From Longivirga aurantiaca (GTDB taxonomy: Bacteria > Actinomycetota > Actinomycetes > S36-B12 > CAIYMF01): a stretch of DNA of 32,000 bases. The notes beneath the pieces are model-generated. The model worked only from the letters and a program-made list of their open reading frames with translations. It ran no database searches and was not told the origin of the DNA. The stretch is from the NCBI RefSeq assembly GCF_042660085.1, contig NZ_JBHSTI010000008.1:2055604-2087603 (forward strand), in the 5' to 3' direction. How positions within the stretch are numbered: the first letter of the stretch is position 1; each line of letters opens with the position of its first letter. A program made the position numbers and the translations under genes. This document shows, one piece after another, positions 24,152-30,597 of this stretch.

Positions 24152-25759
24152 TCAGCCCGCGTATCCCGGGCTGGTGTAGCCGGCACCCGCGGAGGCCGCG
24201 AAGTCGACCGGTGCGCGGCCCTTGGTGACGTTCGGCCAGTCGCTGGAGGAGTTCCAGTTGCCGAGCCCGCCGGAGGTGAAGACGTTGTAGGTCGCGATGC
24301 CCTGCGGAGGACGGACGCGCCAGAGGATGTACTTCGCCTGGGCGTTGCCCACGATCTCGACGTTCTTCAGGACCCAGTTCTCGGTGACCGCGGAGGCCGT
24401 CGAGGTGTCGTGCGGGTTGAGGAACATGCCCTGGTAGCCGGTGGTGGCGGTGAAGCCGTCGACCAGGAGGGTGGTCGGGCCGTTCCAGCACTGGAGCGCG
24501 TCGGCGTGGTTGGTGGCCTGGGTCCCGGTGAGGACGGTGTCGATGGACACGTTCTGGACCTGCACCTTGGCCAGCGGGGCGCTGATGTTGATGCCCTCCG
24601 ACAGGTTGCCCGACGAGGAGATGAACCTGACGCCCTCGAGGTGGATCGTGCCGGTCTGGCTGAGGAAGTACGCGGCCCGCTTGACCATGCCGTCGGCGGG
24701 GACGCCGGGGCCGGTGCCGGAGCTGTACCAGCCGCCCGCCACGTCGACGGTTCCGCCGATGATGACGATGTTGCGGCCGCCCACGATCTCGAGGCCATGG
24801 GTGTTCCTGTACACCGCGTCGGTCGGGAGCCTGAGGATGTAGTCGGTGCCGGCCGAGAGGTTGATCCTGCCGTCGGGCTTGCTGGCGAGATCGATCGTCA
24901 CCGGGTTGGTGAGCGCCGGCGGGGCCCAGGAGAGCTCGGTGCCGCTCGGAGCCGGCATGGTGGCCACGGGCGCGGGGCTCGTGGTGACCGGCGCGGGAGA
25001 GCTGGTCACGGGCGCGGGGCTCGTGGTGACCGGCGCGGGCGAGGTGGTCACGGGCGCGGGGCTCGTGGTGACCGGCGCGGGCGAGCTGGTCGCGGGCGCG
25101 GGCGAGCTGGTCACGGGCGCGGGGGTCGTGCTCTCGGGTGCCGCAGCGACGTCGACGGGGTCGACGCGCAGGCCGGACACGATGGCGTAGTCCCTGCGCG
25201 CCTTGAACGCCAGCGACAGTGCGCCGTCCTTGACCGTCACCGTCGCGGAGCGGGTGAGCTCGACGTCGTGGCCGACGACCTTGTAGACGTCCAGGTTGGA
25301 GAAGACGGTGACGCCCTCGGCAGTCGCGCTGAAGACGCGCTTGCCCGAGGCCTTCCAGTACGGCTCGGCCATCACCAGCGTGACCTTGTAGGTGCCGTTC
25401 GCGACGGGGACCTTGTAGGCGCTCATCCCGAAGCGGTAGTTGCGCAGGACGCTGCCGTCCTCGGTGCCGGTGATCGGATCGGCGGTCTTGCCGAGCTTGC
25501 CACCGGTGAAGCCCGAGTCCGCGGTCCACACGGTGCCGTCGCTCGCGGTGAGGCCGGGGCCGCCCGCGTCGATGTTCAGGGACGGGATCGCTGCGTCTCC
25601 GGCGGAGGCGCCGAAGACCGAGGTGAGGCCGGCGACCACGAGGGCGGAGGCGACCCCGACGGCGGTGGCCGAGCGGCGGGACGAGGCGGCGGTGCGACCG
25701 GTGCCGGCGACGGTGCGTCGCGGCATCTCCGTGTGGCGCCCGGATGACGTGGTAGCCAT
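24152..25759 (-). CDS. secreted three-part protein: malectin-like carbohydrate-binding domain, P/T/S-repeat linker, unassigned C-terminal domain
   Basis: ORF 24152..25906 trimmed to the ATG at 25759, 9 nt after GAGGAG. The signal is Tat-like (SSRRSATAVGVASALVVAGLTSVFGASA). A malectin pattern is present (IDAGG...W.AD..F.GG...ITGT.D..L....RFG...Y..PV.NGTYKVTL..AE........GKRVF......G.....NLDVY). The linker is 8 x SPAPVTT. Confidence 0.8.
   Translation of the reverse strand: MATTSSGRHTEMPRRTVAGTGRTAASSRRSATAVGVASALVVAGLTSVFGASAGDAAIPSLNIDAGGPGLTASDGTVWTADSGFTGGKLGKTADPITGTEDGSVLRNYRFGMSAYKVPVANGTYKVTLVMAEPYWKASGKRVFSATAEGVTVFSNLDVYKVVGHDVELTRSATVTVKDGALSLAFKARRDYAIVSGLRVDPVDVAAAPESTTPAPVTSSPAPATSSPAPVTTSPAPVTTSPAPVTTSPAPVTSSPAPVTTSPAPVATMPAPSGTELSWAPPALTNPVTIDLASKPDGRINLSAGTDYILRLPTDAVYRNTHGLEIVGGRNIVIIGGTVDVAGGWYSSGTGPGVPADGMVKRAAYFLSQTGTIHLEGVRFISSSGNLSEGINISAPLAKVQVQNVSIDTVLTGTQATNHADALQCWNGPTTLLVDGFTATTGYQGMFLNPHDTSTASAVTENWVLKNVEIVGNAQAKYILWRVRPPQGIATYNVFTSGGLGNWNSSSDWPNVTKGRAPVDFAASAGAGYTSPGYAG
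24959..25126 (-). repeat. in-frame 21-bp tandem repeat, 8 copies, encoding (S/T)PAP(V/A)(T/S)(T/S)
   Basis: The plus strand shows alternating ggtgaccggcgcgggcgagct / ggtcacgggcgcggggctcgt units. Translation is TPAPVTS SPAPATS SPAPVTT SPAPVTT SPAPVTT SPAPVTS SPAPVTT SPAPVAT. Confidence 0.9.
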
Positions 25760-26186
25760 GATGTTGTGCTCCTCAGTCGGCACTGACGGCTGTGAAGGGC
25801 CGCCTTGCGGAAGTGCGCGAACACATGGGGTTTCGGGACAGCGAGGGGCTGGCTTGACCCCTCTGGGCGCGGATGGGCCATGTGGGTTACGTGCCCAAAG
25901 ACACATCTGCGACGGTCCCCGTCACGCGTCAGGAGGGCCGTCCCTGGCCCGTCCGGAGGAGGTGCTCCTCACCCCGCTGCGGTGCCGCCAGCGGTCCGTC
26001 CGTGTCGACTCCGTCACGCGGGGCGACGCCACTCACCCGATCGGCTCAGGGAGCGACGACCCGAGGGGGTCGGGTCGCCGATATCCGGCCAGTGGCGTGA
26101 TGTGACGTCGCCGACGTCGCTCTCCAGCCGCTCTCGCTCCGGCCGTGGTGCCGCGCCCGTCGCCGCGGATCGCGGCGTGGTCGGGT

Positions 26187-27233
26187 TCACCCGCGAGGAG
26201 CAGCCGCCTCTTGCCAGAGCGCCACGTTCCGGCTCACCTCGACCTCGGCCATGAGCGCATCGGTCCCCTCGTCGGCCGACAGCACGATCCGGTCGAGGAT
26301 CCGAAGGCCCGCGCGGGCCCAGGCGAGGACGAACAGCGCGGGCTCGAGGTCGGCGTCCGCCCTCCGCGCGACGTGCTCGGCGAACACCCGCCGCGCGCCA
26401 CCGTCCGGGCGCACGAGGTCGCGCACGAACACGTCCCGCTCGGCCGCCACGCCGTGCACGGCGGCGTCGGAGAAGGCCAGGAACGCGAGCAGCTGGGCGA
26501 GGTCGTGACCGACCACGCCGCGCTCGAGCCCGAGCTCCCAGTCGACGAGCCCGACCCTCGTGGTGCTGCCGCCGTCGAGGACGAGGATGTTGGGGTGCGC
26601 GGGGTCGCCGTGCTCGAAGACCGTCGGCAGCGTGCGTCCGCGGAGGGGCGACACGGCGTCGCGGGTGGCTGCGATCGTGCCGTGCAGCGCGTGACCGTCG
26701 GGCAGCAGCGCGGCGAGCCGCTCGAGCCGCGGCTCGAGCAGGGTGTCGAGCAGGTCCGTGCCGGAGCGCTCCCCCGTCACGGGCAGCCCGTCGATCCAGG
26801 CGAGGGCGCTGGCCCGGGCACCGGCGTCGGACCGCGCACGGGCGTGGGTCAGCGGCTGGCCCACGAGGGGCGTCTCGAGGAGCACGCGCCGCGACCCCAC
26901 CATCGCGCAGGCCACGACCGACGGCGTGGCCCCGAGCAGGCCGGGGGCGGCCTCGGACAACCGGCGCAGGACCGTCGCCTCGTGCACCACCGCGTGGTCG
27001 TCACGGACCGAGCGGGGCACCTTGAGGACGCTGCGGAGCCGGCCCTTGCGGTCCAGGACGAGGCCGACGACGTGCCGGGACTCCACGAAACCCGGTGTCA
27101 CGAGAAGGATCCGGGCCCCCTCCGGCAGCGCGTCGGACACTGCGGCCGAGGGCGCCGACCAGTCCAGGGGGTCGTCCGTCGCCGGCATGCCTGCCCGGAG
27201 GGCGTCCGCCACCACGTCGAGGTAGGTGCTCAC
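26187..27233 (-). CDS. APH / choline-kinase-fold phosphotransferase family protein
   Basis: ORF 26187..29951 trimmed to the GTG at 27233, which overlaps the flippase stop (GTGA). The kinase catalytic loop FEHGDPAHPNILV and the downstream GLVDWELG (Brenner and DxE-type motifs) are present. Confidence 0.7.
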   Translation of the reverse strand: MSTYLDVVADALRAGMPATDDPLDWSAPSAAVSDALPEGARILLVTPGFVESRHVVGLVLDRKGRLRSVLKVPRSVRDDHAVVHEATVLRRLSEAAPGLLGATPSVVACAMVGSRRVLLETPLVGQPLTHARARSDAGARASALAWIDGLPVTGERSGTDLLDTLLEPRLERLAALLPDGHALHGTIAATRDAVSPLRGRTLPTVFEHGDPAHPNILVLDGGSTTRVGLVDWELGLERGVVGHDLAQLLAFLAFSDAAVHGVAAERDVFVRDLVRPDGGARRVFAEHVARRADADLEPALFVLAWARAGLRILDRIVLSADEGTDALMAEVEVSRNVALWQEAAAPRG

Positions 27234-29344
27234 GGCTCGTCCGTCCGTCCTGTCGCGATACGGTCGCGCGCCACCCACGCCACGAGCCCCACCGAGACCA
27301 GCACGCGCGCCGCGAAGGAGAGCACCCTGCCCCGTCGGCTGCCCTCGTGCCGGTGGAGCGCGGCGAGCACCACCGGCCGGGCGTCGAGGGGGACGAGCAT
27401 CGTGCGGGCGCTGCGGCGCGGCGCCTCCCAGTGGAGCGACACGTCGCGCAGGCCGGCTGCCTCGAGGGCGCGCGTGGTCGAGCGCAGCGAGCGCCGGGTG
27501 GCCGCCACCTCGATCACGACCCAGGTGCCCGACGGGACGTCGCGCAGGGCGTCGGAGAACTCCGAGGGGTGGAGGCGCCCGAGACGGACGCCCGCGCCGA
27601 CCTCGGGCAGCAGGAACAGCGGGTCGTCGACACGGGGGTCGAGCGCCGCGAGCGCACGCGCCGTGGCGCCCTGCTCCCCCTCCGCTGCCGGAGCGCTGCC
27701 CGAGCCGCCGGCGCTGGAGGCCACGCGGTAGGGGTTGCGGGTGCTCCGGGCCCCGCGGGACGAACCCCTGCGGAGCAGCGGACCCGCGACCGGGATCTTC
27801 AGCAGCTCGGGGAACGTGTGCGCGACGTCGAGGTACGGCAGCGTCACGAACAGGACTCCGAGGGTGGCCGCACCCGTCAGGAGCACGGACAGGATGAACC
27901 CGGCCCCGACCCAGTACTGCAGCAGCGACGTCAGCACGACGCCGAGGAGCATGGCGGTGTACGGCGCCGCCATCCACGGCTCGACGACACCGGACGGGAG
28001 CCCGCGCAGGCCGAGCTGGCGCACCACGTTCCCGAGGACGAGCGACAGCGCCATGCCGACAGCGGCGCCCCACGCGCCGAGCGGCGGGATGAGGGCGAAG
28101 GCGAGCACCGTGCCCAGCACGAGCACCGCCATGTTGGAGAAGAAGATGAAGCGCAGCCGACCGGCGGTGGCCATGAGGATCGCGCTGAAGCCCGACGCCG
28201 CCTGGAACCAGAAGCCGAACCCGAGGATCGCGAGCAGCGGGGCGCTGTCGGCGTACTGCGAGCCGAGCAGCGTCACCGTGACGGGCTCGGCGAACGAGAC
28301 GCTGAGGACCAGCGCCGGGTACGACACGAGGGCGACCCACAGCGCGGTGCGCCAGTAGGTGAGGCGCACCCCCTCCATGTCGCCGCGCTGCCAGAGCCGC
28401 GTCACCATCGGCGGGAACAGCACCCAGAAGGCGCCCGCGGCGGCCATCGAGAGCTGCGCGATGGGCATGACCGCCCGCAGCGACGCGACGTCGGCCGCGG
28501 TGCCGACCGCGCCGAGGACGAACGTCGGCAGCGCCATGACCACGACGTAGACCAGCGAGGAGGTCAGGAGGGGGAAGCCCTCGCGGAGCATGGGGCGCAC
28601 CGGCATCGTCACGCGGCCGTGCAGCTCGGCGAAGAAGCCGAGCCGCGAGAGCAGACGCAGCACCATGACGACGTAGATCGACACGCCGAGGAGCGAGGCG
28701 AGGACGTACCCGACGGTCAGGCCGTAGACGCCGGCGCCGAGGAAGAACACCGTGACGATCGCGGTGAGGCGAAGGCCCGGCTCGAGCAGGTAGCGCCGTA
28801 CGAAGACGGCACGCGCGCTCGCGAACGTCGCGAACGTGTTGACCACCATCGCGTCGAGCGCGGCGAGAGGCGCGAGCAGCACCATGAGCACCAGCAGGTT
28901 CGCCGCCGTCTCGGACGGCGCGATGCCCGGCGACAGGCGTCCGTGCCAGAGCAGCACGAGCAGGAAGACGATCGAGCCGAGGGAGATCACCACGAGCGCC
29001 TCGGTCACGAGGACGCCGACGACCTTGCGGTCGTCCCCCTCCTCGTCGTACTTCGCGAGGAAGCGGGAGTCGACCCGGTCGAGACCGAGAGGGATCAACG
29101 ACTGCACGAGCGTGACGATCGAGAGCGCCCAGGCGAACGCGCCGTAGTCGTCCTTGGTGAGCACGCGGACGAGCAGCAGCTGGATGACCAGCCCGAGACC
29201 CATGCCGAGCAGGCGACCGACGAGCAGCAGCGCGGAGCCGCGCATCTGCGACTTCGACGACGCCTTGCCCCGCGGGGCGCGCACCGGAGCAGCCTCGCCG
29301 TCCCCGGGCACCGCGTTGCTGTCGAGCGCCTCCTCGGCGCTCAC
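27230..29344 (-). CDS. Wzx-like MOP-superfamily polysaccharide flippase fused to a roughly 190-aa soluble C-terminal domain of unknown function
   Basis: About 12-14 TM segments beginning GSALLLVGRLLGMGLGLVIQLLLVRVL (typical Wzx N-terminus). A Gly/Ser/Ala linker and a non-membrane domain follow, up to the stop at 27230. I chose the GTG at 29344 because it forms a GTGA overlap with the upstream stop, as at other junctions in the locus. Alternative starts are the GTG at 29359 (ORF track) and the ATG at 29245. Confidence 0.75.
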   Translation of the reverse strand: MSAEEALDSNAVPGDGEAAPVRAPRGKASSKSQMRGSALLLVGRLLGMGLGLVIQLLLVRVLTKDDYGAFAWALSIVTLVQSLIPLGLDRVDSRFLAKYDEEGDDRKVVGVLVTEALVVISLGSIVFLLVLLWHGRLSPGIAPSETAANLLVLMVLLAPLAALDAMVVNTFATFASARAVFVRRYLLEPGLRLTAIVTVFFLGAGVYGLTVGYVLASLLGVSIYVVMVLRLLSRLGFFAELHGRVTMPVRPMLREGFPLLTSSLVYVVVMALPTFVLGAVGTAADVASLRAVMPIAQLSMAAAGAFWVLFPPMVTRLWQRGDMEGVRLTYWRTALWVALVSYPALVLSVSFAEPVTVTLLGSQYADSAPLLAILGFGFWFQAASGFSAILMATAGRLRFIFFSNMAVLVLGTVLAFALIPPLGAWGAAVGMALSLVLGNVVRQLGLRGLPSGVVEPWMAAPYTAMLLGVVLTSLLQYWVGAGFILSVLLTGAATLGVLFVTLPYLDVAHTFPELLKIPVAGPLLRRGSSRGARSTRNPYRVASSAGGSGSAPAAEGEQGATARALAALDPRVDDPLFLLPEVGAGVRLGRLHPSEFSDALRDVPSGTWVVIEVAATRRSLRSTTRALEAAGLRDVSLHWEAPRRSARTMLVPLDARPVVLAALHRHEGSRRGRVLSFAARVLVSVGLVAWVARDRIATGRTDEP

Positions 29345-30597
29345 CGCACGCCCGACCACGTGCGCCAGACGAGTGACTCGACCTCGCGGCGCACGGTCTC
29401 GGCATCGTTCGTCGCATCCACGACGACGACATTGTCATACCGGTCGCGCAGGTCGAGGTAGCGCTGGCGCCGCTCCTCGAGGATCTCCGGCGTGTGCTCA
29501 CCCTTCCGGTCGAACATGAGCTGCCCCGGGGCGTCGAGCACGACGAAGACGTCGGGTGCCGGGCAGCTGTGCAGGAGCAGCGAGTAGCTGACGCGGGCGC
29601 GGAAGGTCGGCTTGCCCGGGCGCAGCAGGGCGTCGACGACGTGCCGGTCGTAGAGCACGACCCGGCCGCGGCGCTGGTCGACCGCGGCCTTGGTCGAGCG
29701 CCAGCGCAGCTTCGCGAGCTTGAGGCCGAGACCCACCCCCGGGACGCGCTGCCAGGCGGGCTCGTGCGGGTCCACTCGGAAGACCCCGAGGTAGCGCACC
29801 GAGACGGCGAGCGGGATCGCGTCGCGCAGACCCTCGACGAGGGTCGTCTTGCCGGCGCCGTCGGGGCCGAGCACCGCGAGGGCGACACCGGGGCTGCCCG
29901 GCGACCTCCAGGAGAGCGCGTCGCGCAGCCGCCGGGCCTGGCGGGCGGCACGACCGGGTCGACGCTTGAGCACCGGCTCCCACCGGGCGATCAGCTCACG
30001 GAGCTGGGAGTCGTCGCCGCCCAGCGCGGCGGCCGCGGCGGCAGCCCCGGCTGCGGCCTGGCCGGCACCGAGCAGGGCGTCCACCGCACCGGGCAACGGG
30101 CCGCCCGGGTGCGGTACGCCGGTGAGCGAGGCAGTCCCGCGGTGCACGGCGCGTACGAGGGCGAGCCAGTCGCGGTCCTCGGCGGCGACCCGGCGCACGC
30201 CGTCGTCACCGAGCTCGGCGCGCGCGAGCAGGTCGTCGAGCACCGGCAGCACGGCGCTCCTCGGCCCGGCCGCCTCGACGACGGGGAGGAGGTCGAGCAC
30301 GAGCCAGCCGTCGTCGGTGGAGGACCGGCGCACGAGCAGCCGGTGCGGCAGGTGCTCGGGCGCACGCCGGAGCACGAAGCCGGTGGCGACGAGCGCGGGC
30401 AGCACCCGCGGCAGGTCTGCCTCGCGCACCAGGACGTCGACGTCGCCGCCGGGACGGTCGAGCGCGCCGCGCAGCACGGCCCAGGCGGCGCCGGTGGAGT
30501 CGAGCGCGCTGAACGCGGCCACGAGGTCGGGGTGGACGTCGGCAGCACGGTCGGGGCTGGCGACGGGGCCCGCCTCGTCCGACGGCGGAGTGAGCAC
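29341..30597 (-). CDS. two-domain protein: N-terminal nucleotidyltransferase-like domain (NTP_transf_5-like) + C-terminal P-loop kinase (thymidylate-kinase-like fold)
   Basis: ORF 29341..31761 trimmed to the GTG at 30597, which shares 1 nt with the upstream TAG. The N-terminal half reads AWAVLRGALDRPGGDVDVLV...ATGF. The C-terminal half has Walker A (VLGPDGAGKTTL) and LYDRHVVD. The start position is uncertain. Confidence 0.6.
   Translation of the reverse strand: MLTPPSDEAGPVASPDRAADVHPDLVAAFSALDSTGAAWAVLRGALDRPGGDVDVLVREADLPRVLPALVATGFVLRRAPEHLPHRLLVRRSSTDDGWLVLDLLPVVEAAGPRSAVLPVLDDLLARAELGDDGVRRVAAEDRDWLALVRAVHRGTASLTGVPHPGGPLPGAVDALLGAGQAAAGAAAAAAALGGDDSQLRELIARWEPVLKRRPGRAARQARRLRDALSWRSPGSPGVALAVLGPDGAGKTTLVEGLRDAIPLAVSVRYLGVFRVDPHEPAWQRVPGVGLGLKLAKLRWRSTKAAVDQRRGRVVLYDRHVVDALLRPGKPTFRARVSYSLLLHSCPAPDVFVVLDAPGQLMFDRKGEHTPEILEERRQRYLDLRDRYDNVVVVDATNDAETVRREVESLVWRTWSGVR

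Noticed and set aside
24959-25126. Regular 21-bp repeats considered as a possible CRISPR-like or other non-coding array
   Set aside because: The units are contiguous with no spacers. They are in frame inside a long ORF and encode a P/T/S heptad linker.
23309-25747. 812-aa plus-strand ORF opposite the malectin and paralogous-domain genes
   Set aside because: This is antisense to two ORFs with coherent domain structure, a signal peptide and an RBS. Its own translation is R/G/D/A-rich with no motifs.
25873-26100. Small ORFs (25873..26100, 25805..26254, 25440..26105 and 25576..25881) in the 427-nt gap
   Set aside because: They overlap one another in different frames and are Arg/Pro-rich. None has a start context or recognisable motif.
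27095-29461. 788-aa plus-strand ORF opposite the flippase gene. Similar shadows are 18231..20216 (+), 18223..19902 (-), 16125..18020 (-), 16520..18004 (+), 14750..16210 (+), 13533..14951 (+), 6082..8103 (-), 2900..4696 (-), 2880..4127 (-), 1022..2470 (-), 4674..6263 (+) and 4693..5856 (-)
   Set aside because: Each overlaps a gene with recognisable family motifs in another frame or strand. Each has the charged, low-complexity composition expected from reading GC-rich codons out of frame.
26187-29951. Very long ORF-track entries taken at face value: 1254 aa here, plus 10739..12853, 13455..15512, 14615..16246, 18252..20864, 19757..21574, 20902..22173, 21960..23696, 29341..31761, 3053..4573 and 4426..6174
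   Set aside because: Only the C-terminal part of each is protein-like. The N-terminal extensions read through neighbouring genes in a shadow frame. I trimmed them to internal ATG/GTG starts that coincide with upstream stop codons or Shine-Dalgarno-like sequences.
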